Counted from the first letter of the stretch, positions 51,986 to 61,505 are shown. The stretch: 64,000 bases of DNA from an uncultured delta proteobacterium (GCA_963850305.1 CAWKKR010000008.1:1152001-1216000); one strand, 5' to 3'. Numbers and translations: made by a program. The notes: a model not told the origin generated them from the letters alone.

Positions 51986-52381
51986 CGAATCGAGCTCCGA
52001 GAGAACGTCGCCATACGACTTCTGAACGAGGTCCCCGACGTCGCACCAGAACGACGCCGCTTCGACGGCGAAGCGCTCGAAGAGCCCGGGCGAGCGCTCG
52101 TGGAGCAGAATGCCGTCGCGGGCGACGCGATACCGGAGGACGGCGGACGCGCGCGAGAGATCTGCCGCGTCGACGCGGTCAGAGCCGAACACGTCCGTGA
52201 GGTCCGCGATCAGACCGCCGAGGTCGAGCCCGTCCGCGGCCAGATAAGCGACGTCCCAGTCGGATTGCGGCGACGCTTCGCCGCGCGCGCGAGAGCCATG
52301 AAGCGCCAGGAAGTCGAGCGCGCCGTGACGTGCCGCAATGCGCGCTGCTTTGCGCAGAATGAACTCGTCAGGAACGGGCAT
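51982..52381 (-). CDS. MntA-like minimal nucleotidyltransferase antitoxin
   Basis: GS-x10-DxD motif (HGSRARGEASPQSDWD); expected ATGA overlap with the toxin is shifted by one base near 51988. Confidence 0.9.
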
Positions 52382-52431
52382 CTGGGGCAAAAGTAGCAGG
52401 TTTGCGGCTAGCACGATGCGAGTCGTTCAGT

Positions 52432-52877
52432 CGACCGCTCCCCCGCCGCCTTCGGCGCGCTCGTGATCGCAAGGGGGTCTTGACCCCCGCGGCTCGCTCC
52501 GCGACCGCTCCCCCGCCGCCTTCGGCGCGCTCGTAATTGCAAGGGGGTCTTGACCCCCGCGGCTCGCTCCGCGACCGCTCCCCCGCCGCCTTCGGCGCGC
52601 TCGTGATCGCAAGGGGGTCTTGACCCCCGCGGCTCGCTCCGCGACCGCTCCCCCGCCGCCTTCGGCGCGCTCGTGATAGCAAGGGGGTCTTGACCCCCGC
52701 GGCTCGCTCCGCGACCGCTCCCCCGCCGCCTTCGGCGCGCTCGTGATCGCAAGGGGGTCTTGACCCCCGCGGCTCGCTCCGCGACCGCTCCCCCGCCGCC
52801 TTCGGCGCGCTCGTGATCGCAAGGGGGTCTTGACCCCCGCGGCTCGCTCCGCGACCGCTCCCCCGCCGCCTTCGGCG
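52432..52877. repeat. 70-bp tandem repeat, 6 full copies plus a 26-bp partial, multi-hairpin (REP/BIME-like)
   Basis: Units start at 52432, 52502, 52572, 52642, 52712, 52782 and 52852. They vary only at GTGATCGC/GTAATTGC/GTGATAGC. Confidence 0.97.
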
Positions 52878-52946
52878 GGCTCGCTCCGCTCGCGTAGTTC
52901 CGCACCTCTTTGATCCCTTGGAGACGACGCGCGCGTCGATGCGGAA

Positions 52947-53564
52947 CTACTGATCCTCGTAGTCGCTCTCATCGAACACGAGGGATTCGCGACCCTCCGC
53001 CTTCAGCCGTTCGCGCAGGGCTTCGTACACGACGTCGATGACCTCGACGCGCGTCGAAAGAAGGTAATATTCATCCTCGGAGACGGCGGGGATGCGCGCA
53101 AGTCTTTCGGCCGCTAGCCGTTCGTCATCGGGAGCGAGCCGCAGTTCCGCGGACGGGCCGCTCCGCTCGGAGGTCTTCGCGAGCGACTCGAGCACGACGC
53201 CGAGCGGGCTCAGCGACAAGAGAGCGCGGCGCGCGCAGAGTTCCCAGGGGTCATCGGGGTCGTCCGGCCGGCGACGCCAGAAGCCGTCGATGCGACGCCG
53301 GACGACTTCTCCGAGATAGGCCGCGACCGCGCTTGCCACGATCGGCTCGAGCTCCGGTCGGTCCACGACGCCGGACGACGCGATCCGGAGGTACTCGTCC
53401 AGAACGGGTAGCGTCTCCGCGTCATAATCGAGCTCGACTCCCACGGCGGACAGCGCAAACTGTCGGCAATTTTCCGAGAGCTCCAGAATCTCCCCCGGGA
53501 TTTCGCCCAGAACGGGCTCATCAGAACCGTCGTCTTCCTCGCCAGCGCCGTTCGCGTCGAGCAC
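52947..53564 (-). CDS. Acidic conserved hypothetical protein
   Basis: 205-aa ORF with LDYDAETLPVLDEY and AYLGEVVRR. Confidence 0.7.
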   Translation of the reverse strand: MLDANGAGEEDDGSDEPVLGEIPGEILELSENCRQFALSAVGVELDYDAETLPVLDEYLRIASSGVVDRPELEPIVASAVAAYLGEVVRRRIDGFWRRRPDDPDDPWELCARRALLSLSPLGVVLESLAKTSERSGPSAELRLAPDDERLAAERLARIPAVSEDEYYLLSTRVEVIDVVYEALRERLKAEGRESLVFDESDYEDQ

Positions 53565-53652
53565 CGAGGGGTTCTACCCGAAGCACCGTGGTCTCGCACC
53601 TCCCCGAGGAGTCGCGCCCGCCGAGGGGCCACCTCGACGGCCGGAGCCCCAG

Positions 53653-53688
53653 GGGCCAAGCTAGGGCCAAGCTAGGGCCAGACTAGGG
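53653..53688. repeat. 11-bp direct repeat x3 (GGGCCAAGCTA) in a divergent intergenic region
   Basis: GGGCCAAGCTA GGGCCAAGCTA GGGCCAGACTA GGG. Confidence 0.8.
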
Positions 53689-53751
53689 AATCTGGCGGGG
53701 TAGACGCGGCCCATTGTTCGGCAATGTTCCGTGGTAGGCTCGAAAGCTCTC

Positions 53752-54489
53752 ATGCGTCTCGGGATTTTGAGCGACATCCACGCCAACTACGAGGCGCTAT
53801 CCGCCACGCTCGAAGCGTACGCGCACGAGGACATCGCAGAATACTACTGCCTCGGGGATACCGTCGGCTATGGGGGCTCGCCGAACGAGTGCGCGGAAGT
53901 CATTCGCGAGATCTCGAAGGCAACCATCCTCGGCAATCACGACGCCGCGGTCGCGGGTCGAATGGACTACTCGTACTATTACGAGGCGGCGCGGCATGCT
54001 CTCGACACTCACGCCGCGATGATCTCGACGGCGAGCATGGAGTGGCTACGGCTGCTTCCATACCAGCTCAGGCTCGACAAATACGAGGTACAGCTCTGCC
54101 ACGGGTCGCCGGTACGGCTCGAAGAGTTCGAATACATCTTCGCGCCGGAGCAAGCGCGCGAGTGCCTGCCCATCTTCGATGAGCTCGGGCACATCACGCT
54201 CATCGGACATTCCCATCTGTGCAAGGTGTTCGCGCTCACCCGGAACACGGTGGAAGAGCTGCCGCCGGTGGATTTCGCTCTCGAGCCCGACAAGAAATAC
54301 ATCGTCAGCGTCGGCTCGGTGGGCCAGCCTCGCGACTACGACAACCGCGCGAGCTACACGGTTTACGACACGAAGAAGAAGGAATTCGAGTTCAAGCGCG
54401 TCGAGTACGACATCGAAACGGCGGCGGACAAGGTTCTTCGCGCGAAGCTCGAGCGCAACTTCGCCCATCGGCTGTTCATAGGAGTCTGA
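53752..54489 (+). CDS. Calcineurin-like metallophosphoesterase
   Basis: SDIHAN, GDTVGYG, GNHD, HGSP, GHSH, GSVGQPRD. Confidence 0.95.
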   Translation: MRLGILSDIHANYEALSATLEAYAHEDIAEYYCLGDTVGYGGSPNECAEVIREISKATILGNHDAAVAGRMDYSYYYEAARHALDTHAAMISTASMEWLRLLPYQLRLDKYEVQLCHGSPVRLEEFEYIFAPEQARECLPIFDELGHITLIGHSHLCKVFALTRNTVEELPPVDFALEPDKKYIVSVGSVGQPRDYDNRASYTVYDTKKKEFEFKRVEYDIETAADKVLRAKLERNFAHRLFIGV

Positions 54490-54496
54490 GCGGCCT

Positions 54497-56041
54497 TCAG
54501 ACCGCGACGGACCAGGTCGTGCCGCCCGGCCCGTCATGGAGACTGACGCCCATCGTCTCCAGCTCCGCGCGGAGCACGTCCGATCGCGCGAAGTCCTTGG
54601 TACGCCGCGCCTCCACCCGAGCGTCCACGCGTGCCTGGACGTCCGCTGCAGTGAGTCCGCGCACGGCGAGGCGCCGCTCCGAAGTGCGCGCTCGGTACTC
54701 CACCGCACCCGTCGTCAGAAGGCCGAGCTGCTCCGCCACGTGACTCATCGCAAGGTCTAGGGCCCGGCCCACCACGGCGGACGCACCCTGGAACGATGGA
54801 TCCTGTTTGCGCCGGAGCGCCAGGTCCGACACTTCATTGGCGAGCTTGGCGATCTCACCGAGCTCCGCCAGCGCGACGGACGTATTGAGGTCGTCGGCGA
54901 GGGCCTCGTCCGCCTTTTCCCGGGCGCGATCCCCGGCGTCCCGCGCCTGGACGAGCTCCCTGGGGAGCTTCGCGGGGACGGTCACTCCGGCGTCGCCGAG
55001 ACCGCGTAGTCGCTCGCGCGTCGTGTAAAGGTAATCAAGCCTTCGCTCGGCTTCATCCACGCCGGGAAAAATGACTCTGCCCGACGGCAGCGTCTCGGTG
55101 TCGAACTGGATCGGCCCTCGGTAATGCACTCCGAGGAGAAAGAGCCTGAGCGCCCCGGGATCGTTCCTGGCAAACACGTCCCGCGCGGTGACGAAATTGC
55201 CCAACGATTTGCTCATTTTTTCTTTGTCGACATTCACGAAGCCGTTGTGCACCCAGCATTGCGCGAACACGCCGGCGTGCGGATTCGCGGACTCGCCCTG
55301 AGCGACCTCGTTTTCGTGGTGCGGGAAGATGAGATCCATGCCGCCACCGTGGATCTCGAAGCCGTGCCCCAGGTACTCGAGGCTCATTGCGACGCATTCC
55401 GTATGCCACCCGGGCCGTCCGAAACCCCAGGGGCTCTCCCAACCCCACTCGCCCCGCAGCGCGCCCTTCCAGAGCGCGAAGTCGAGCGGGTCTCGCTTGT
55501 TCTTCTCGTCCGCCTCGACCCTGGCACCGGCGACCAGCTCGTCGAGCTTGCGACGCGAGAGCTTGCCGTAGCCGGTCGATCGCCGGACGGAGAAGTAGAC
55601 GTCGCGAGTGCCCTCGGGCATGTCGACGACATACGCCGCGTCGCGACGAACCAGCTCTTCCACGAGCCGCACGATTTGCGGGATGTGGCCGGAGACCGTG
55701 GGTTCATGATCGGGCGCGAGACACCCGACCGCGGCCATGTCCTCGCGATAGATATCCGCCATCCGACGAGAAAGATCGAGCGGCGACTCGCCGTTCTCGC
55801 GGGCGCGGTTCAGAATCTTGTCATCGACGTCCGTGATGTTCCGGACCTGTGTCACCTCGAGGCCGCGGGATCGCAGCGTTCGTGTCAGCACATCGAAGAC
55901 GACTGCACTCCGGACGTGTCCCACGTGAGGCACGTCGTAAACGGTCGGCCCGCAATAGTAGAGGCGAACCTTTCCCGGAACCCGAGGCGTGACCGGCTCG
56001 ACTTTTCGAGTCAGCGTGTTGTAAAGAAGCATCGGCGGCAT
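54497..56041 (-). CDS. cysS: Cysteine--tRNA ligase
   Basis: YNTLTR, CGPTVY, HVGH, NITDVDDKI, DFALWK, GRPGWHTEC, FPHHENE, KMSKSLGN. Confidence 0.98.
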   Translation of the reverse strand: MPPMLLYNTLTRKVEPVTPRVPGKVRLYYCGPTVYDVPHVGHVRSAVVFDVLTRTLRSRGLEVTQVRNITDVDDKILNRARENGESPLDLSRRMADIYREDMAAVGCLAPDHEPTVSGHIPQIVRLVEELVRRDAAYVVDMPEGTRDVYFSVRRSTGYGKLSRRKLDELVAGARVEADEKNKRDPLDFALWKGALRGEWGWESPWGFGRPGWHTECVAMSLEYLGHGFEIHGGGMDLIFPHHENEVAQGESANPHAGVFAQCWVHNGFVNVDKEKMSKSLGNFVTARDVFARNDPGALRLFLLGVHYRGPIQFDTETLPSGRVIFPGVDEAERRLDYLYTTRERLRGLGDAGVTVPAKLPRELVQARDAGDRAREKADEALADDLNTSVALAELGEIAKLANEVSDLALRRKQDPSFQGASAVVGRALDLAMSHVAEQLGLLTTGAVEYRARTSERRLAVRGLTAADVQARVDARVEARRTKDFARSDVLRAELETMGVSLHDGPGGTTWSVAV

Positions 56042-56076
56042 CTTATCCTCAGGAGCGGTCCCATCTGGAGGCGTCG

Positions 56077-56805
56077 TCAGTAAGGGTAACCTCCACGCGG
56101 CGGCGGTCGCCAACCTTCCCACTTCCTTGCCCGAATGCGCTTACGATCGTACGTCAACGGCTTGATCGCGATGAGCCCGGCGATGAACCCGCCGATGTGT
56201 GCGAAGACCGCGACGCCGCCCTCTGCGACCTGATCGGTTGCCTGTATGTGGAGGGTCTGGACCCCCGTAAGGAGGTTCAGGACGAAGAACTCCCCTGCGA
56301 CGAACCAGGCTGGAACGACCAGCGTCAGTCCGAACAGCAGCCATAGAAGCGGAATGGGGTTCAAGATCAGGATGGGCGAGCGCGGGTAGAGCACCATGTA
56401 AGCGCCAGTGACGGCCGCGATGGCGCCAGAGGCGCCGACCATCGGGATCGGGCTTCCCAGCGTCGTCAGGACCTGCACGATCGCGGCGATGACGCCACCG
56501 CCCAGATAGAAGAGCAAATAGCGAAGGTGTCCGAGCGCGTCCTCTACGTTGCCGCCGAAGATCCACAGGAACCACATGTTCCCGGCGAGGTGCACGAGGT
56601 TCGCGTGCATGAACATGCTCGTGAATATCGTGAACGCCTCCCCTGCCGGATCGAGCGCGAGGCGCGTGGAAACGAGGCCGTAGCCGGGCTCGTACCACGG
56701 CGGCTGACTCTGGAACCACGAGAAGGCTGCGACGTTCGTCCCGATGAGAAGATAGTTGACGACGGCCGTCGTCCTGACCGGGTTCATGTCCCGCAGCGGA
56801 AACAC
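56077..56805 (-). CDS. Rhomboid intramembrane serine protease
   Basis: SMFMH...HLAGNM, GASG, AHIGGF. Confidence 0.95.
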   Translation of the reverse strand: MFPLRDMNPVRTTAVVNYLLIGTNVAAFSWFQSQPPWYEPGYGLVSTRLALDPAGEAFTIFTSMFMHANLVHLAGNMWFLWIFGGNVEDALGHLRYLLFYLGGGVIAAIVQVLTTLGSPIPMVGASGAIAAVTGAYMVLYPRSPILILNPIPLLWLLFGLTLVVPAWFVAGEFFVLNLLTGVQTLHIQATDQVAEGGVAVFAHIGGFIAGLIAIKPLTYDRKRIRARKWEGWRPPPRGGYPY

Positions 56806-56974
56806 GAAGCTACCCTACACCGGAGATCGCCCGGGTCGACCCCGCGTTTGTTCCGCCCACCGGGGGAGGTCGGGGCGAAATGCTCGCTCCAGCCACCCCG
56901 ATCTTCGGTGCTGGTTGCCTCCGCGATCGACCTGAAGCTGAGCTTGGCCTAAAGCATCGGCGAATCCGGGGCCC

Positions 56975-57508
56975 GTGATAACGTCCGCCTGCATGCTGGC
57001 GCCGCTCTTCCGCGCTTCGTTTCCGTTGGTCTTCGCGGCCGCGACAGTCCTCGGATGCGGCGGGCCGGCTCTGGACGGCAGCGTATATCGCCAGGGCGCT
57101 CTCTCTTTTCGAGTCGGTCGGATTCCGTCGAGCTGGCGGCCGATCGAGGCCGATGGCGCGCTGCTGGCGTTTCGAGACAGCAGCGCGGAGGCGAGCATCG
57201 CGGTCAACGGGCGCTGCGGGAAGGACGGCGATGACGTGCCGCTCGAAGCTCTCACGCACCACCTGTTCCTCGAGTTCACCGATCGCAAGCTCGACGAGCA
57301 ATCCCTGATCCAGCTGGACGGTCGCGACGCGCTCCACACGGAGCTTCGGGCGAAGCTCGACGGGGTGGAGCGACGGTTTTCCGTCTTCGTCTTGAAGAAG
57401 AACGGGTGCGTGTACGACTTCATGTACGTTGCACCCCCCGATGCTCCCGCGGAAGGGCAGAGGCGCTTCGTCGCATTCGTCGAAGGCTTCTCAACGATAA
57501 AGCCGTGA
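56975..57508 (+). CDS. Hypothetical lipoprotein
   Basis: VLGC lipobox; stop overlaps the mlaE start. Confidence 0.7.
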   Translation: MITSACMLAPLFRASFPLVFAAATVLGCGGPALDGSVYRQGALSFRVGRIPSSWRPIEADGALLAFRDSSAEASIAVNGRCGKDGDDVPLEALTHHLFLEFTDRKLDEQSLIQLDGRDALHTELRAKLDGVERRFSVFVLKKNGCVYDFMYVAPPDAPAEGQRRFVAFVEGFSTIKP

Positions 57509-58344
57509 CCGACCGATTGCGAACCAGCAGGACGAGCTTCGTACCACCGGTCGTGCGTCGGCGTTCCTTTTCGGAGCAGCTTGGGCAGCGACTCGCCAAC
57601 CTGCTCGAACACGTCGGTCAGATCAGCGAAATGGCGTACGGAACGGGCCGAGCAGCGCTCCGCCGTCCGTTCGAGGGGCGCGAGATCGTGCGCCAGGTGG
57701 AGTCACTCGGTGTGGCATCGATCGGCATCGTTGCGGTCACGAGCCTCTTCATCGGCATGGTGATGGCCGTACAGTTCGCGTTTGGCCTCCGGAAATTCGG
57801 CGGCATGGAATACACAGGCCGCGTGGTCGCGCTGTCTTTCGCGCGCGAGCTCGCGCCGACCTTCACCGCCGTGATCGTCGGCGGTCGAATCGGCGCGGGT
57901 ATGGCCGCGGAGCTTGGATCCATGGCGGTGACGGAGCAACTCGACGCGGTGCGTGCGCTCGGTGCCGATCCGCTGAAAAAGCTCGTCTTGCCGCGCCTCG
58001 TCGCATCCATCATCGTGATGCCGATCCTCGCGACATTCGCCCTGGTGCTGGGTTTCTCCGGCGCCATGTTCATCACCGACAATCAATTCAACATTCCTTC
58101 GGGCTTCTTCTTGAGAAGCGCCCTCGGAACGGTGACGATGCAAGACTTCTTGAGCGGGCTCTTCAAGACGCCGTTCTTCGGTGCGATCATCGCACTGGTC
58201 GGATGTCATTTCGGCATGACGACGCGAGGGGGTACCGCTGGAGTCGGCACGAGCACGACGCGCACCGTCGTCGTGATTTCGATCACGATTCTCATCGCGG
58301 ACTTCTGGCTGACCCGCGTTGCCATCCTCGCTTGGCCCACGTAG
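57505..58344 (+). CDS. mlaE: MlaE-family ABC transporter permease
   Basis: RELAP, GRIGAGMAAELGSMAVTEQLDA, LVLPR, GVG-x-STT. Confidence 0.94.
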   Translation: MTDRLRTSRTSFVPPVVRRRSFSEQLGQRLANLLEHVGQISEMAYGTGRAALRRPFEGREIVRQVESLGVASIGIVAVTSLFIGMVMAVQFAFGLRKFGGMEYTGRVVALSFARELAPTFTAVIVGGRIGAGMAAELGSMAVTEQLDAVRALGADPLKKLVLPRLVASIIVMPILATFALVLGFSGAMFITDNQFNIPSGFFLRSALGTVTMQDFLSGLFKTPFFGAIIALVGCHFGMTTRGGTAGVGTSTTRTVVVISITILIADFWLTRVAILAWPT

Positions 58345-58426
58345 GCGGTTCGTGTGTGAGTCTCGGGCTTTTCGTGCCTGTTGCCGAATCGGGAACTGTC
58401 ATCTAGAGTTTTTCGACCGGTTCGAG

Positions 58427-58861
58427 ATGACCCAGCGCATTTTCACCGTAGAAGAGGTCGACGCGCTCATTCCGGAGCTCGCGCACCGCGTGAGTCTCCA
58501 GCTCGCGCTTGGCGCGGAGATCGAGGGGCTCGTCCGGCGGCTTGCGCGCGAAACGGGTGAGCCCGTTGCTTCACTCGATTCCGATCCGGGCGAGCTTCCA
58601 GCTCGTCGAGTCTTGCGCGGGAAGATCCGCGACCGCGTCGTCCGCTACGAACAGGGATGGCGCGACATCCAGGGGCTCGGCGCCATCGTCAAGGATACGA
58701 GCATGGGGCTCCTGGACTTTTACGGACGTCTCGAAGGACGTCTCGTCTGGCTGTGCTGGCGATTCGGGGAAGACAGGCTCGGGTATTATCACGAGCTCGA
58801 CACCGGGTTTTCGGGACGACGCCCGCTCGGAGCCGACGCGCGCGCGCGCGTCCTCAACTGA
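58427..58861 (+). CDS. DUF2203 domain protein
   Basis: FTVEEVDALIP, VKD-x3-GLLDF, LCW-x-x-GE, YYH-x3-GF-x-GR. Confidence 0.88.
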   Translation: MTQRIFTVEEVDALIPELAHRVSLQLALGAEIEGLVRRLARETGEPVASLDSDPGELPARRVLRGKIRDRVVRYEQGWRDIQGLGAIVKDTSMGLLDFYGRLEGRLVWLCWRFGEDRLGYYHELDTGFSGRRPLGADARARVLN

Positions 58862-59421
58862 TGGCCGTCGATCGGAACGCCGCGGAGCTGGCGATCCGCT
58901 CGTTCCTGACGGCTCTCGGTCGCGACCCGGAACGGAATCCGGAGCTCTCGCGAACGCCCGGTCTCGTAGTCGAGGCGTTCGCGACGGAGCTCTTGTCGGG
59001 ATACGACGTGGACGTCGGCGCGCTACTTTGCTCGGAGTCGTCGATGCTCGGCTTGGGGGCGCGCCGGGGCGCGGTCATTCTTCGCGGCGTCAGTGTTGCG
59101 ACGGTCTGCCCACACCACTTGCTCCCGGCATCCGGCCTGGCGACCGTGGCCTACGTCCCCGGCGATCGGCTCATCGGTATCGGAACGCTGGCGCGCCTCG
59201 TGGATGCCTTCGCGCGACGCCTGACGCTGCAGGAGGCAATAGGAAACGACGTGGTGACGGCGCTGATGCAGCACGGCGGGGCGCGCGGCGCGTATTGCCG
59301 CATCGAGCTGTCGCACGCGTGCCTGGGTGCACGCGGCGCACGCCAACCCGCGGCAACCCTGATCACGATTGCCCGTGACGGCGAGCGCGTTCCCGACGTG
59401 AACCAGGAGGATCAGGGTTGA
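58861..59421 (+). CDS. folE: GTP cyclohydrolase I (FolE) homolog, divergent
   Basis: TP-x-x-V, C-x-HH (CPHH), VAY-x-P, RL-x-x-QE, HAC-x3-RG. Confidence 0.82.
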   Translation: MAVDRNAAELAIRSFLTALGRDPERNPELSRTPGLVVEAFATELLSGYDVDVGALLCSESSMLGLGARRGAVILRGVSVATVCPHHLLPASGLATVAYVPGDRLIGIGTLARLVDAFARRLTLQEAIGNDVVTALMQHGGARGAYCRIELSHACLGARGARQPAATLITIARDGERVPDVNQEDQG

Positions 59422-60099
59422 CCGCGGTCGTCACCGGCGGCAGCCGGGGCATCGGTCGCGCGACGGCGCTGGCGCTGGCGAAGCGTGGGGTACCTCTCGC
59501 ACTGCTCGGTCGACCGTCGACGGAGCTCCGGGAAACCGTGCACCTCTCACGAGACAACGGCGTGCGCGTCGAGGCGTTCGACTGCGATCTCGCGGACCCG
59601 GGACAAATCGCGGCGGCATGCGGCCGCGTTCTCTCGGAATTCGGCGCGCCGTCCGTCGTGGTGAACAACGCGGCGGTGATTCGACGGGCCCGCGTCGAGC
59701 AGCTGTCATGCAAGGAGTGGGACGAGCAGCTCGATGTGAACCTCCGCGCCCCCTTCCTCGTGTCGCGTGCCTTTTTGCCGGCAATGCGAGGCGCGCGGAC
59801 CGGTCGGCTGCTCCAGAATCGCGAGCATTTCAGCAACGTTGGGGACGGCCTCCGCAGCGGCGTACTGTGCCTCGAAGTGGGGCCTCGTGGGCTTCATGAA
59901 GAGCCTCGCACTGGAGCTCACTGACAGCGGCGTCATGACGATGGCCATTTTGCCCGGTTCCGTCGACACGGCCATGTTGAAGGGGAGTGGTTTCGTTCCC
60001 CGAATGACCGCGGACCATGTCGCCCAGACGGTCGCGTATTATGCACTCGATGCCCCGCTCGCCCACAACGGCGGCGTGGTGGAGATGTTCGGAACATGA
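59418..60099 (+). CDS. SDR-family oxidoreductase (+1 frameshift near 59817)
   Basis: TGGSRGIG and NNA in the first frame; ASIS, YCASK and PGSVDT in the second frame. Confidence 0.9.
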
Positions 60100-60136
60100 C
60101 GAGACGGCGGGCACGACCCGAGGTTCCGGCGGCGGA

Positions 60137-60790
60137 ATGAACCCCGGCGCTTACCATTCGGGGGTCATTTTCGAGGACGTGGCGGTGTTCCCGCTCCCGC
60201 AGGTCGTCTTGTTCCCCGGCGTGACCATGCCGCTTCACGTCTTCGAGCCGCGGTATCGGACGATGACGCGCGACGTCCTGGGATCGACGCGGCGGCTCTG
60301 CGTCGCGCAGATCCCCGAGGACCACGGCATGGACGGGTACGGTCAGCCTCGGATTGCCGGCGTGGTCGGCGTGGGTGAGATCGTGAAGTGCGACGCCTTG
60401 CCCGACGGCCGTTTCAACCTGCTCGTCGAAGGGAAGGCGCGCGCGCGGATAGATGAGCTGCCGTTTCGTCGACCGTATCGGCGCGGGCAGCTGACCATTC
60501 TCGCGTCCGAAGACAAGGCCCCTGACGCGGCGCTGGTGCGCGCCCTGATCTCGACGGCGACGCGGGTCGCCGGCGCCGTTCGAAAGTGCCACCCGGGCTT
60601 CAGATTCTGCATCCCACAGGTGACGGATTCGAGCGCTCTGGTGGATGCTTGCGCGCACTATCTCGTCCTCGACGGCGAAGAGCGCCAGCGGTTGCTCGAA
60701 ACACTCGACGTGGAAGCGCGGATCGCCCAGTGCCTCGAAGCGCTGGTGACTCAGCAAACGATGCTCGGAACCAGCGAAACGATGCATTGA
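60137..60790 (+). CDS. Lon N-terminal (substrate-binding) domain protein
   Basis: VFPLPQVVLFPG, LHVFEPRYR, DGRFNL, ERQRLLE. Confidence 0.92.
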   Translation: MNPGAYHSGVIFEDVAVFPLPQVVLFPGVTMPLHVFEPRYRTMTRDVLGSTRRLCVAQIPEDHGMDGYGQPRIAGVVGVGEIVKCDALPDGRFNLLVEGKARARIDELPFRRPYRRGQLTILASEDKAPDAALVRALISTATRVAGAVRKCHPGFRFCIPQVTDSSALVDACAHYLVLDGEERQRLLETLDVEARIAQCLEALVTQQTMLGTSETMH

Positions 60791-60911
60791 TCTCGCGGGA
60801 ACCCTGGAGAGCTCCAGGCGCAACTTCAATCCCCTCCCTCATGACGGCGAGCGCGAAGCCCCGCGGGCCGAATGATCGAACTTGACCGCAACGTGGCTCC
60901 GAGGATAACCA

Positions 60912-61024
60912 AAGGGAAGGCGACCTGCCGTTTTTGCGGGCCCGTCAACAGCGCGTCTTGAACCCCGCCAGGCCCGGAAGGGAGCAACGGTAGAGAAGAG
61001 CGGGTGTGACGGGCCCTTCCCTTT
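60912..61024 (+). ncRNA. ffs: Signal recognition particle RNA (small bacterial 4.5S type)
   Basis: Helix-8 motif GCCAGGCCCGGAAGGGAGCAACGG; stems GGCCCGTCA/TGACGGGCC and AAGGGAAG/CTTCCCTT; TTGACC upstream at 60882. Confidence 0.92.
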
Positions 61025-61152
61025 TCCTGCGCGGCTGACGCGCTGTCCCTACAGCCGGGGCAATCGCCGACACTGTGGCAACGCGCCCCGCCACCGGGTC
61101 CGATCTCCGGGGATTTCCCGAGTCTTTCGCATACTTTTGGCGCCTCTGCGAC

Positions 61153-61168
61153 TGGCACGGAGCGTGCG
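61153..61168 (+). promoter_or_regulatory. Sigma-54 (-24/-12) promoter
   Basis: TGGCACG-GAGC-GTGC versus consensus TGGCACG-N4-TTGC, just upstream of ATG 61182. Confidence 0.75.
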
Positions 61169-61181
61169 TTATGCGGGGCTC

Positions 61182-61505
61182 ATGAGCCCTAAAATCGGGG
61201 AGCAGGTCAGGCTGCTCGAAGGCACGGAGCGGGAGAGGCGCTGCATCGTGGAGGTGACGTGCCCTGCGGCCGACAACCCTCTCTATCGCGCGTATAGCGT
61301 CCTCCGGTCTCTCGGCGTGCAGATCGTCCATGCAGAGGTGCGGCGGTCGAACGACGACATGATCCAGCGCCTCTACCTGGTCGAAAACGACGGCCGCGCT
61401 CTCGACTCGCGACGACGAAAGGACGTCGTGTTCACGCTGAGATCCACGCATCGACAACCGATGGAGGGCCCCATTCGGGCGCCCCAGCTCTCGGGCGCGG
61501 CATGA
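61182..61505 (+). CDS. Small stand-alone ACT-like domain protein
   Basis: IVEV...LY...L-x-x-LGVQIVHAEV...LY-x4-DG resembles GlnD-type ACT domains. Confidence 0.55.
   Translation: MSPKIGEQVRLLEGTERERRCIVEVTCPAADNPLYRAYSVLRSLGVQIVHAEVRRSNDDMIQRLYLVENDGRALDSRRRKDVVFTLRSTHRQPMEGPIRAPQLSGAA

Noticed and set aside
51482..52414. Natural single-chain MNT-HEPN fusion
   Set aside because: Reading GAATC as GATC at 51987 restores the usual ATGA-coupled two-gene layout; likely an artefact unless reads confirm it.
52432..52877. 70-bp array as a CRISPR array or protein-coding repeat
   Set aside because: No variable spacers; 70 is not a multiple of 3, so the overlapping ORFs just cycle through frames.
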